From assembly GCA_964035545.1 (NCBI GenBank), contig OZ037765.1, forward strand, positions 620,001 through 684,000: a stretch of 64,000 nt of DNA, read 5' to 3'. Positions 13,505-25,924 of this stretch are shown in pieces; positions within the stretch are counted from its first letter, which is position 1; the number at the start of each line of letters is the position of its first letter. This DNA is from Bugula neritina (Eukaryota; Animalia; Bryozoa). The position numbers and the translations under genes were made by a program. The notes below the pieces were generated by a model. That model made no database searches and was not told where the DNA came from. It saw nothing but the letters and a program-made list of their open reading frames with translations.

Positions 13505-15425
13505 CTAGAGCAAGTCACCAATACTTTCGTAATCATCATAAGGACTAGCTGTCACTCCCCACCTTCTGTTAGTGTACTTCAGAGACGGAGGAGCAGTCTT
13601 TTGAGGAGACAACTCCTTCTGTGTCTCTTTAGAAACTTCTAGAATCTTAGCAGGACTAATCTTAGTTTCAGTAGTGGGCGCTTGTCTTTTTGTTGGGGCG
13701 GGGTTAGACCGACCCGTTGGTATTGGAGGTAGACTTTTGAGTTTTCTCTTTGCTAAGTTAGCTATTGCTATTTGTCTGTTTTGTTTATGAGATTTTTGTG
13801 CATAGTTGGTCTGTCGAAGCAAAGCCACTGTTCGCTTTTTCTGCTGTAGCATGAGTTCATGAGAAGAATGAACATCGTTGAGGAGCGTGTTATAACCTTC
13901 CTCAAGCACATGAGTATAAGTCAAGTTGCTCTCATCAAGGTCTTCGTCTATTGACTCTAGACTTGGTTCTACTATTTTCATTCTTTTGGCTTTGCGGGGC
14001 CGTGCTTTACCACTGCCTAAAGGTATAAGCTTCTTTCTGATTGGTTCTGCTACTGTGGCTGTCATTGGTGAATCAGGATACTCTGGAGATGGGGGCGGGG
14101 CTTGTTCATCCTCTTCAGTAGTGTCTAGAGGAGGTATACTTATAGTCACTGTGATGTGCTTTACTTTGATTGGCTCCTCAGTTATCTATAACAACGCCAA
14201 AACACACAGAGTTACGTATGCAATAATCTAAAGACACCACAACTAGTTCTTGTGTTTTAGAGTCTATAAAACATGGCTTACTAGAACTTTCTTATCACTA
14301 GGATGGATGATATAATTAAAGCATTTTGTTTCATCTGGAAATAGAAACTACACTTTCATACAATACAACATAGCTTATACAAAATAACTTCTAAAACGTA
14401 TATCTTATATAAACTAGTTTATAAAACATATATCTTATATAAACTAGTTTATAAAACATATAGCTTATACAGAGAAGAGATAAATATTAACAAGCAAAGC
14501 TTTGGTTTGAAAATAGAAGCAAATTAGATTAAAAAACCTCTGTTCTTTGAGTTGTAGGTAACTCTGGTAGCCTGGTTTCCTTCTCCATCTTATGAGTCTG
14601 AAAAGAAATGTTATAATCTGAGTCTATATCTGCAGAAATCTTGCGACTTCCTAACAACGGTTCCAGTTTGATCATTCCCAGCGACTTGCTCAGTTTGGGC
14701 TGATTTGAGTAGTACTTGGTGCGTGTCGAGTCCTCCACCATGTTTAAATGCAAGGATTCATTCCCAGTCTTTATCCACAAACCAGACGGGTTGGCTGGTG
14801 GGTGAGAATGTCGCAACACATTGATACCTCTTATTCGACGAATGTCATTCATGCGTTTTGTATACGCCAACATTGATTCTTTGAGGGTGTCTGTACGACC
14901 GCCCCCACCCGCTACTAGACTGTTACTGGCTACCCAACTATTCTGGATGTTAAAGTCTTGTCCATAAGTGAGATCACTTTGAATCAGCGATTGCCTTGCT
15001 GTCTTCTTTTTCTAGAATAGAGACACAATCATATAGAGAGCTTCATAAACCTCACAGAACATAGTGACTGATCTGCTAATCAGCACTTACTAAACATTAA
15101 TTATGTTATTCTGTGCAGAGCTAATGTGCTTTTATTGGCTGACATCCAAATTCTCAATTAGACAAATTGCTGGCCACCCAAAATCTTATCTTTTGTTTGT
15201 CTGTTTTCAAACATATTTGAAATATCACAAAAGCTATAGTAATAACTGTCAAGTGAAAAAGACTGTTATATTTCATGCTAACAGTAGCTTTATATCCAAA
15301 GTAAAAGTACAACTTTTTCAGTTTTTGGTTATTGAACTCAGTCCGAGTTGAACTCTTACCTTATTAAGATGGCCGAGGTCAAGGCTAACATATTTAAAAG
15401 GGTTAGCAGACGCCTGGTGATACAT
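13505..15425 (-). CDS. Gene B: ~406-428-aa basic, Pro/Thr/Lys-rich protein of unknown function; exons 15425-15360, 15011-14538, (optional 14347-14282), 14185-13505
   Basis: MYHQASANPF...LNK|KKKTARQS...QRTE|(FLFPDE...KVL)|ITEEPIKVK...; phase-0 GT-AG introns join the ORFs 14529-14873 and 13505-14149; NLS-like KARPRKAKRMK. Confidence 0.7.
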
Positions 15426-16682
15426 TGTGAACAATCCAATCAAATTGTATTACACATGTCATTATCCATTCACCTAGCAGTTAACTTCTGTAGTGAAGAG
15501 ACATCCAGTAGATTACCCTAATCAGCATACACTGAGCTTTCAACTGCCCTTCAGGTTTTTTTATTTAATAATAACGAAGATCAAATGACTTCACTAACTA
15601 ACATGTAATAAGCATGTACTTTCAAATGCCTTGAGTATAACTGTGACTGTGTTACAATCATATAAACTCATTCAATATTTATCAACCAAGGGAATGTAGC
15701 TTTTCTATGTGCCTATTCTAGTTATATAAACAACTTCATATCAAGTTAGTGCATTGTGATTATTATGTAACTTCTTTATAACACCTGAAAGCTTCATTGG
15801 TCAAACATAAACACATTTCATTGATAACATTTTTCAAATGATCAACCAAACAGTTCTTTACAGAGTTTTGTTTTGAAGCTCAAATTACAGTAACTTTCAA
15901 TCACAGCCTGTCAAACTCCCTTTGATATTGAATATCCAAACTGTTGGTTGCATTTTTGATTTGTTTGATATCCTTCTGCCCAAGCCGCGTTAAGATTATA
16001 CAATATGACTATGTAATACAATAAATGAGCATTATCTGACAATCAAACAAGAAATATTTACCTACCATGCACTAATTTTTTGATCTTCTGACTGCAGCCT
16101 GCTTTCAAGAAGTTATCTTCTCTTTGAAAATGCTCTAATGGTTTTTCCTTTTAATCTCACTTTGCTGTTTTTATTTGAGTGGTTATTATTATTATTATTA
16201 TTATTATAATGCAAATAATCATAAGGAAGAGGAGAGAGATAGCTTAAGGTTTTCATGTCACTCAGGATTTACTCTGACTTTCTTACATCTCCCATGGTAT
16301 CTGCAGCTTAGCACATGTCCGGTGTGGGAGTGAGTCATACAGTATTGATACTTCATGTACACTTGTGCACCATGAAGAGACATAATATATGCTTTCAGCC
16401 CAATGCAATTATTTTACAAATGTATATCAGCATTAGCTGAATGACATTGTTTAATATAATACATTTAATAACATAAATATTATTGTAATATAGTTTATTT
16501 TCAAAGAAAAACTGACAAGCGCTTTTATAAGCCATGAGTAGTGTGTGTTATGTTTTCACAATTTAGCTAATGTGTAGAATTCAATAGAATTAGATAAAAT
16601 TTTACCTAATTTTAAGGTTATGTTGGAAATTTTTTCCTAACCTTTAGTATTAGTATGGGATATTTTACTATATGTTTCATTT

Positions 16683-16684
<2 letters not shown>

Positions 16685-16750
<66 letters not shown>
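16685..16750. repeat. (TA)n microsatellite
   Basis: Direct inspection. Confidence 0.95.
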
Positions 16751-16754
<4 letters not shown>

Positions 16755-16864
16755 TACATTGTCTATAATAACTATAATATTCTATTTGGCTATATGTAGT
16801 TTTCCAGTCACATTAGGTTTTATTAACTGCTTACAATAGGAATATAAATTGACAAAATTCTAAA

Positions 16865-18970
16865 CTAAATTAATAAGTAAAAAGAAACTATAGATTGTAT
16901 AATTAAAGTAGAGAAAAATAGATTAAGTTTCAAGAAAGTTGTATCAGCGTTAGACTGAGAGCCCTTCTGAGCCAACGCCCCATGAGGGAGAATGTCCCGC
17001 TCTCTGTGTGGAATCTCACAGTCTATCTGAGACAAAACTTCTGCTCCTTCCCAGCCACCAGTCTGCTAATTTGTTATAAATTATATGAGCAATATACTAT
17101 TTGCTGAATACAAGATTTTATGCTGACAACAAAAATTATTTTCCTATACATATACATTTTTGATTTCCAAATAAAGTTCTTATTTTAACTAACACTGACA
17201 CTGCACTAAAAATCTGCACTACTTCTAAAAAATATAGGCTAACTAGTTTTAAATTAAAACTGTGTCATTCAAAAATGGCAAACTATATTATTAGCAGTTA
17301 AAACTAAAAATTCATGTAATAGATGGCGATAACAAAATGAGATAACTCCTTAAACCCAACTGACCTGACATTGCAGTGAATACGCCCAGTTCTGTTTGAA
17401 CTTGGTGTGCCAACACTTTACTATGATAGTTGTGTCATACGGGTACACCTTCAGTTTCTCTTCCTCAATTGACTCAAAACTGAAGTCTAGAAAATATTAT
17501 ACTATAAGAAAGCATGCATAAACATTTGCAGCTTACTATATAAACATTTACTTTTATACAACACTAATTCATTATTTTCAGATATTTTTTAATTTCATAA
17601 GTTTTTGCTATAAATTTACACTATGCAATTGTATGCTAATATGTCTCTGTTGTCTCTATTATTGAATTTGACTATTAATAGTTATTTGTCATATCACAGT
17701 GTTATATAATAATATGCTATACTACCACAGTATTATGTTGTAGTTGAAGTAAAATGATATAATATGCATTTCCTTCACAGGGTCTTCATTGCTTCGCATT
17801 ATGTGAATGCAATGCTCTTATATGATGAATACATTAAGAATTGCGGTAATTTCCACCAACTAATGGTTGTGGTTTCATTTGATGACAGTTTTCAAACATC
17901 TAATGAAAGCTGGTATTGAGTGATTAAACCAGCCTGAGTTCTTAACATGTTATTTTATGTTATGCAATTTAGCCTGTGGTATACACCTACCTGTAAACTT
18001 GAGCCAATCTAGAGGCAGTTCACATTCTATGGCTACACAGAGTTGCTCTGGTTCCCATAGCCCAAGATCTCCACTAGCACAAGTGTACACCATTGAGGAC
18101 ATTCCAGTCCCGCCCCGTATCTCATAGCCAATGTCACACACCAAGACTACCAGCTGGCCTTCTCCAACACACGTGTTAACCTCCCTACCAGCTGGTGGTA
18201 TCAAGTATTTACCATGTTCTGAAATCATAGATATATAATAGCATGAATATCAACATGGTTAATTCAGAAATGAATTTCATCACAATGTATAGTATGCTTA
18301 AAGGATCAGTATGTATTTATGTTACTAATTTTCTAAAGTTATTATAAATGAAATAATAGAGCAATATTGAATTGCTAAAAGTTACAAACCCATGAACAGA
18401 GGGTAACTTTAGTTATTTTGGGAAAATAAACTAATTTTATGAAATGCTTTTACTATATATATAAACAAACCTCTTATTGATAAAATTAGGGAATAATTTT
18501 AACTGCATTTAAAAAAATGCGTCCAAAAACTATTTTGCAGGATAGAATATAATTATTCTTTAAGCTATAGCTATATATACTTTGTAAGCATTAAAGCAGT
18601 ATTTCTTACCAATGGCTGGCAAAGCGCAGGTTGAATTTTCATAATTTGAGCAGAAATTCCCGTCACAAGTCAACATTTCATTGTGAGAGCAAGATGGAGG
18701 AGGAAGTAGCTTTGTAGTGGTTGCTAGGTTACCGACAGAGGTGTTTGAATGTAGCCATTTGCCATTTCTTGAAGAGTTCAAGTTCAAATCAGTGGTCAAA
18801 CTTTCATTTGTTTCCTCATGATTATCTGATAAGTTTGTTGCCAGGTCAAAGTGTGAGGCAAGTTTAGTAAATTCGCTGTTTGAAGCATTTCCTGTCAGTT
18901 GAGTCGTTGTTTCAACAGCGTTTCCTGTCACCAAGATGCCTCCAATTAAGTAGCAGACAAACCATTGCAT
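16865..18970 (-). CDS. Gene C: ~303-aa secreted Sushi/CCP-domain protein with probable GPI-anchor signal; exons 18970-18610, 18218-17991, 17486-17365, 17065-16865
   Basis: Signal peptide MQWFVCYLIGGILVTGNA; Asn/Thr-rich stalk; CCP pattern C-ALPAIEHG...VLVCDIGY...YTC...W...C, then a second module C...YPYDTTIIVKC...LQCQQTGGW...C; C-terminus GSQSNADTT-FLKLNLFFSTLIIQSIVSFYLLI*. Phases are consistent (912 nt). Confidence 0.82.
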
Positions 18971-19185
18971 TCTTATAGCCACTCTGTTAAAACTATAAAC
19001 TTTGTTTTATTGCTAATCATTCTTTTTTTGAAGACGAGAAAGTTTAATTGTTGAGTCAAAGTATATGTGATTGTTGCTTTCTCTAATTATTTTGCAAAAA
19101 TGCAACAATTAATGCTGAACCTAAGAATATTTTATAAGTTATTACTTATATTTTTGTATATAATCAAAGAAACTGGGACAAGAAA

Positions 19186-19380
19186 GCAGCCGAGGTCTAC
19201 GGGTTAGATCGTTTGCCTAGTAAACATGAAGGTCATGGGTTCGAGCCCTGACAAAGGCTATTGGTGATGTTAGGGAGAGCATCCAGTCATAATTGCTCCT
19301 GTGTCACATCTTAATAAGTCCTTAGCCTGCTTTAACAAAAACCCTTTTCATTAAAGGGTTTCTCACAGGGATAATAACTT
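19186..19380 (+). mobile_element. tRNA-derived SINE-like element
   Basis: Degenerate A box (GGTCTACGGGTTAGA) and B box GGTTCGAGCCC, followed by a GC-richer body; no tRNA acceptor stem. The 3' boundary is approximate. Confidence 0.6.
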
Positions 19381-21766
19381 ATATAAACTTGCATAAGTTT
19401 TATATAATTAGAGAAACTATAAATTATCACAATAAAATTACTTTATAGAATTTTCATGAAATAAACAGTTTCTATAAAATTTGTCGATTTAGATTATAGA
19501 ATAGTTTATATAAATCTATTTTAAGGTGTATTGAATAAATAATCATAATATTATGCTTTGTCTGGTAAGTGTGTGAAATCTACCAGATGGTAGATTTGCA
19601 TCTAGAATTTATAGATTGTGGCCTTCCTAATGCTATAGTAACAGAGTTGGAAGTGCTAATGTGGAATGAGAAAAGGCTATATCTGCTCACCCTGGTTTAG
19701 CTAGGTTGATGAGTTATATGTATGACGAATGTAAAAAACCTGTTTGGCTAATGAATTGAAAATGAGTAGCATTAATTGTTTAAATTAACAATTTTATTTA
19801 ATTACCGAAATTTGGCATGTTGACTGTTGCAGATGGAAAAGACACAAATAGCACAGCCTATACATCTGCGTGTGGTTTTAACTAAGACACGGGTTATATT
19901 AGCTAGTGATTTGATGCAGGTCTTATAGTTAACATATCATGTGTGCATATAACCGAGTTTATTGAAAAGGATACTTTCAAGTGTGGTGATTGAATTGTGT
20001 ACAACATAAAATTTTGCTAGCCTACATAGTAAGTTTCTTTACTTAAATCAGCTCAAGGTTATAACTGTTTACAATAGCTATACTATATATACACACAGTG
20101 CTTGTAAACCTCTTTGATAATGAATACACACAATTACCCATAATACCCAAGTTATAGTCATGCCACTGTTCCTTCCACGAGAAAATAATTTTTTGAAGCA
20201 GGTAAAATTTAGTCAGATGGCACTGCAGAACTTCCTTGTTAGGCTTCTTCAGGTATGAAAGATCTGAAAATAGATAGCAATGTGCTCATTTTACCTCAGA
20301 TGTATAGCCACAAAAGATCAAAGATTCTGCATCAATTTGATTTTAATAAAATCTTGTTTAACCAATTTTGATCAATTCCCAGATAAAATACTGAGCACAA
20401 TTTTTAACTTCTAATTATAATGGCATTGACGTCATTCAACTATGTTTGCTAAAATATTTTTTGATGAAGAGTTGAAGATTGAATATTTTTAAAGCAAGAA
20501 TATCATGTTTCATGTACTTAACTAAAGTTCTGCCAGGATATTAATAGATATAAGAATAAATCCTGACAGACATTTAAATTTTTTAACTAACCAGGTGACA
20601 CATTCAAAGTCGTTCTAGTTTCGAAATTTCTGAATCTTTTCTCACAAAGTACTCTAACGGTTTTTATTTAATAATATTACCTTATAGGGACACGATTCCC
20701 CAAGTCAGCTGAAAGCTTCTTTCTTAAATCTTTCATTTGGGTCGAGTAAATAGCAGCAGTTGAGAAAAGCTGAAAGCGGAGAACCATACATAAAGACCAT
20801 CAACTGGCCCACTATATGCCAGCTCATGCTGCTGGGATTTTGTAGTGCGAAAGATATATATATAGCTATAAATTAGAATATAGCTTAACTGTGTTTTAAT
20901 TGCGTTCACTATATAATATGCATCTGTACAAAATTTACCAGCTATAATGAATATATAATAATCTAAAACATTCAACAATTTCTGGCTAACCAGAATATGT
21001 TAGAAATAGCAATTGCTATTTCTAACACATTAAGCATTTTGCATCAGTTATCAAACTTGGCTGCAATAGCAGAACACAACTATAAGTAAGTGGGCTAGTG
21101 ACTGATTCATTGAGAGATTGCTTGAGTGGATGTGAGTATAAGTGCATGAGTGAGTGACTATAAGTGAGTGAATTATTAAAGCAAGTGGGCTAAATAAATT
21201 ATGGTATACATTAAGTTAGCAATTAAAACTGATTATTATTCCTATAAAAGGCCTCTCAATATGCAGGAGATGTGCTAACAATATGTGCACAAAAAGAGAG
21301 CAACATATTTTTAAAAATTATCAATTAAATAAAAAACAGGTTTCTCACTAATATTATATATAATGAACATCAAAGCTAATTTTACAGTACATATTTCGTT
21401 CATGTGTATCAGTTTTATCTTTTTATCTGCAACCTGGTTGTGATATTGTTTCCAGTGGAAAAAAAAATATGTAAAGTTTTTTGTAAAAGTCTAGCCAGCT
21501 ATAATAAAGCTTTCATTTTATTTATCTTTTTGTCGTTTGGGCCATGCACTTGAGAAAATTATCTTTTATTGAAGCTTATAGGTTATATATACATATGCAA
21601 GAATAAACTGCAAAAACTAGAATTGTAGTTATATAGTTATACTTGGATGCAAATATTGCTGTACACTATTAAATGCCGGCTATTGTAGCTCTTTTGAATA
21701 ATCGACCAATAATTTTCCTTATTTTTCTAACGTTGCTGGAACTGAGTTGCCCCATAACCTTTATAC

Positions 21767-22260
21767 GGTTTCATCCCACTTAGACGTTTTCCACTTGCAT
21801 GGATGATTTTTCTATTTTGGTACAATGTATATTATAGTAATATACAAATATAACTGTTGCATTTACTGCTAAACATGAAATAAGCTACTAAACCAGCTAT
21901 TTGTATTAACTCCATACTAATTTAGCTATAATACAGTTTATTTTATTCAGAATAACAGAATAAAATGCACAAATGCATCTTATGGTATAGCACATACTGC
22001 TATATTACAACTCTTTCTAATTATATTTTGTCTATCTTTTACCTTTAAGTTTAAGGTTTGTGCAAGATGGTTTCTTATAGAAGCATTGTTACTGTATAAG
22101 TGGTTTGCTGGTGGTTTCTTTGCTTTTTGTTATGTGCTAAATAATAGCATAAAATACATAATTATATTACACTATAAAATTCTATAAATATTGTTTAAGT
22201 GGGAAACTACCATGTGGGAAACGTCTAACTGGAAATTGTCTAAGTGCATGGGATGACACC
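21767..22260. mobile_element. Non-autonomous DNA transposon (MITE) with 8-bp TSD
   Basis: TIRs GGTTTCATCCC / GGGATGACACC, subterminal TTAGACGTTTTCCAC / GTGGGAAACGTCTAA; CTTTATAC duplicated at 21759-21766 and 22261-22268. Superfamily uncertain (Merlin/MULE-like). Confidence 0.8.
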
Positions 22261-22579
22261 CTTTATACTAGCTAAAAGAAAATCACATTTTTATTTATGC
22301 CTAAACGATGTATTTGAATAATTTGGTATACAAAGACATCAGTTTGCAATGAGTTTATTGTTTAATTAGATTTTCTTGTAAAAAATCTATTCAGTATTCA
22401 TTTTATAAAATATGCCAATTATCTAAGAAATAACAAGTTAGTAGCAAAAGTAATTTTTATGAGAATAATTATCTAGTGATTGCAGTGTAGACATAAAATA
22501 AAAAAAGAAATTCAAGTTCATTACTTTAAATATTCAAATGATTTCAGCAGGGAAATTTTCACAAGAATCTAGCACATTC

Positions 22580-22646
22580 TTAACTCAGTGCACATTTGGA
22601 TGCTATTTCGGCAGCATAGGTATTAGTTTCAGGTTTGCTGCAGCCA
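22580..22646 (-). pseudogene. Orphan 3' end of an i-type lysozyme last exon
   Basis: Translates GCSKPETNTYAAEIASKCALS*, homologous to Lys1 GCSKSATLSYAAKIASQCGLS*. Confidence 0.85.
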
Positions 22647-22862
22647 TGATATTTTATTCACTTTATTCCAGCAGCTACAGAACAGTGCAAAACAAAGAAA
22701 CATATTTTTGTTTAATTTTTTGTAAAATTAATTACTTAATTTGTATTAAAATGGTTTTAAAATACAACACATTATGAAATTTATTACATGTTATTGTACT
22801 AAAAAAAAGTTTTCACAAAAGCTGTACTGCTTTTTCAATCGACATGAGCGAGTTAACAAGTT

Positions 22863-24598
22863 TTAACTCAGTCCACACTGAGATGCTATTTTAGCAGCAT
22901 AGCTGAGAGTAGCAGATTTGCTGCAGCCACTGGGTCCTCCATTGTGAAGTCTGCCATAGTCTTGACAGGTCAGCTGACTCGTGGATTTCCCGAGATGACG
23001 AGCACATGTACTTGCATATCTGGACATGTAATTCTGGACACATGTTCTGGAGCATGAGTCACTGGCAGCACAACTTTCCCAGTCTGTCAGTTAAACAAAC
23101 AGAATATGAGAACACAAAACTCTGCAATCACTGAATTCTATATTTCTTTGCAAATGCATGTAAGACTTATGGATGTTTGAGTTACTTTGATAAGCTGTTT
23201 GAATTCAAACTTTAGATTTACTGAGTTTGTTCAACACTACAATATGCTATTAATTTATAAAATCTACTGTTTGAAAATATTTTTCATATGTTAGTTCTAT
23301 ATTTACCTTACAAAATGTCGTTTTATTGATTACTTTTGTCATTCATATTTTATGAAAAGCAAAACTTCAATAAATCTTAAAAAGTTCAATTATATAGAAA
23401 ATGCAAAGCAAAAAGTATTGTCATGTATTATTTACAGACACATATAAGTTAAATTACTATTAAAATTATTTTATGTAATTTAATTCACAAATATTGTAAG
23501 AATTTCTGTAAAAATAAAAAGTAGAAATGCTATTGAAAAAAGTTTTGCAGTTAGTGAACTCTCACAGATTAAAGCTTTACTTTGTTTAACCCAAATCAGT
23601 ACTGCAGTACTGATTTGGGTTAAACATGTTTTGCAGATTTCATGTAAACATTCACTAAATTTTGCTATAAATAACTAAAATTACTATTTAAATAAATGAT
23701 ACCAATGACAATAAAAATGACTCATCTCACCAGATCCAGGTTGACCACAGTCAATGTAATATATCTCCTTTATCTGATATCTACCACACGAGTAAGAGTT
23801 GACGTCCCAATTGCATCCACGTCCACCATTTTCTATCTGAAAACACAAATATGTTGTTTCATGAAGGTGTCACACATTATTTTAATTTTAGTTTTCTACA
23901 TTTTTTTCAACTTGCAAAGAACAGATTATTAATATTATGGTGAAAGTAAATAAGTTATTTTAATACACAAAGTAAACTTAAACTAGAAACTTACCCGACC
24001 AATGCAACTCAGACAGGCACTGCTTACTGAAATAAAATAAATAACAACTTGAAATTTCTGTATTCTTGAAAACTTCTACATCTTATTGAGTTTATTTGTA
24101 AACTTTTAGAGCATGTGTTTTCCATTTGAAACAAAAGATTTGACAGCATACCAATATATAGTTGACATAATAAAAATAAATAAATGCAACAAATGGGTTA
24201 TAATAGTAATAATGAATATCTCTATTAAGAGAAGACAAAATACTTAAGAATTTGAGAGCTGTTATAAAAATAGAAAGCCGATATTTAGTAAACTGCAGCA
24301 GAATAGAAGTTAGCAGTTGTTTACTATATAGTATACAGTTATCTATATATTAATACTAATCTTCACGCAATTTATATTCCTTCGTATATTTAATTATTGT
24401 AAAAAAAATGACACAATGATTCAAAAAGTGTGCATGCCGTGTTTGCTTACCATATGCTATGATTATTGCAAAACCTGCTACAATTTTCTATACATTTAAA
24501 ATAAATCTACAAGAAATATTTGTATACTTACCGTATGCTTGAGTCTGGGAGACGAAGGCAAGAGAAAGACAAACTAACACAACTACAGACAGATGCAT
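22863..24598 (-). CDS. Lys1: i-type lysozyme/destabilase, 141 aa; exons 24598-24532, 24026-23995, 23836-23731, 23083-22863
   Basis: Signal peptide MHLSVVVLVCLSLAFVSQTQA; VSSACLSCIGRIENGGRGCNWDVNSYSCGRYQIKEIYYIDCGQPG...TCQDYGRLHNGGPSGC; catalytic Glu and Asp and HNGGP retained. Confidence 0.95.
23583..23626. repeat. 44-bp spacerless palindrome in Lys1 intron 3
   Basis: TGTTTAACCCAAATCAGTACTG|CAGTACTGATTTGGGTTAAACA. Confidence 0.95.
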
Positions 24599-24677
24599 GT
24601 TGACAGGCAGAGACAGGTGGTTGAAAGTGACAGGCTCAGTTAGTGCTATAGGCAGGTGGTTGAAGGTATCTAAACTG

Positions 24678-24997
24678 ATGGCAATTTCTCTGTCTTTGCA
24701 GCTTCTTTTATATTGTAGAACAACCAATCAGGGGCTAAGGTTTGGTCACTAAAGTAATTTCCTTGTTTGATGTAGCGGATGCATTGTTACACAGTTTACT
24801 ATACCTTTGAGTTCAACTGAAAACAGAACAAAGCTGATGAGTACAAAAAAGCAACTCACACGTTACGTTGTTATACTCTTAATATGAGTAGCTTGTCTAT
24901 AAATTATGTTATTACGTACTTACCAGCTATCAAACCTTAGCCCCTGATTGGTTGTTCTACAATATAAAAGAAGCTGCAAAGACAGAGAAATTGCCAT
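24678..24997. promoter_or_regulatory. Lys1 core promoter (CCAAT + TATA) and its 67-bp inverted duplicate
   Basis: Arms 24678-24744 and 24931-24997 both contain CTGATTGGTTGTTCTACAATATAAAA, a motif conserved upstream of Lys2, Lys4, Lys6 and Lys7. Confidence 0.8.
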
Positions 24998-25190
24998 GGT
25001 TTTTACCAATAGTAGCTATAGCTACTATTGGTAAAAACCTGTTTTTTAAATTGTTGCCAAATAAAAAACATGCAAAACCTGAAATGGTTAAACAAACAGA
25101 GCATCTGTTGGCTTTTAATTCAGCTTCCTTTCAAGTAAATGCTAGCCCAATAAATAAAATTAATAATACACTAATATATTCCTAAATTGT

Positions 25191-25924
25191 GTAACAGCAA
25201 CTGTTTCCTGCAGGTTCCTTGGTATTGTTCTTCTATAGTGACATGGTGTGCTTACATTAGCATTGATATCTGATTCATTGTTCTAGTAGAATGACTGCAG
25301 CAGTGTGTAGATGTACTTGACTGATAAACTTTACAATGTGATGCTACTGATAGTAGGAGAGCAGCTATTGGCTGGGAGTTCATGTAAACCTCTGCTCATT
25401 GGCTAATCAACAGGGCACATCTCTCACAGTGTAATGAGCCTTTGAATTGCAACATAAAAATGTAAAAAGCATAAAGTAAATATTAAAATAAATAATTGTT
25501 CCTTTCTTACAAATCATATTATTACGTAATATGATTTCATCAAACAGCAGCTATATTTAGCATGTTTATCGTGTAAGGTAGAAGCTGCTCAAAATAACTA
25601 GGCTTTGTTTAGAATTTTCTGCCTATAGCAACTCATTGTTTATTTTAATACTGATTGTTTGTTTGTTTTTATATTTTGATGTTGCAATTCAACTGAGAGA
25701 TTCACCCTGTTGATTAGCCAATGAGCAGAGGTTTACATGAACTCCCAGCCAATAGCTGCTCTCCTACTATCAGTAGCATCACATTGTAAAGTTTATCATT
25801 CAAGTACATCTACACACTGCTGCAGTCATTCTACTAGAACAATGAATCAGATATCAATGCTAATGTAAGCACACCATGTCACTAGAAGAACAATACCACC
25901 GAACCAGGAAACAGTTGCTGTCAC
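25191..25924. mobile_element. Foldback/MITE-like element with ~250-bp inverted arms
   Basis: ~25191-25460 is a near-perfect reverse complement of ~25675-25924; no clear TSD. Confidence 0.7.

Noticed and set aside
19186-19260. tRNA gene
   Set aside because: B box present but no convincing cloverleaf; better explained as a SINE head.
20086-20790. Possible small minus-strand gene (MVLRFQLF...|NFETR...|DLSYLKK...)
   Set aside because: Needs a ~51-nt intron with a weak acceptor and has no recognisable homology; could be 5' UTR exons of gene C or chance.
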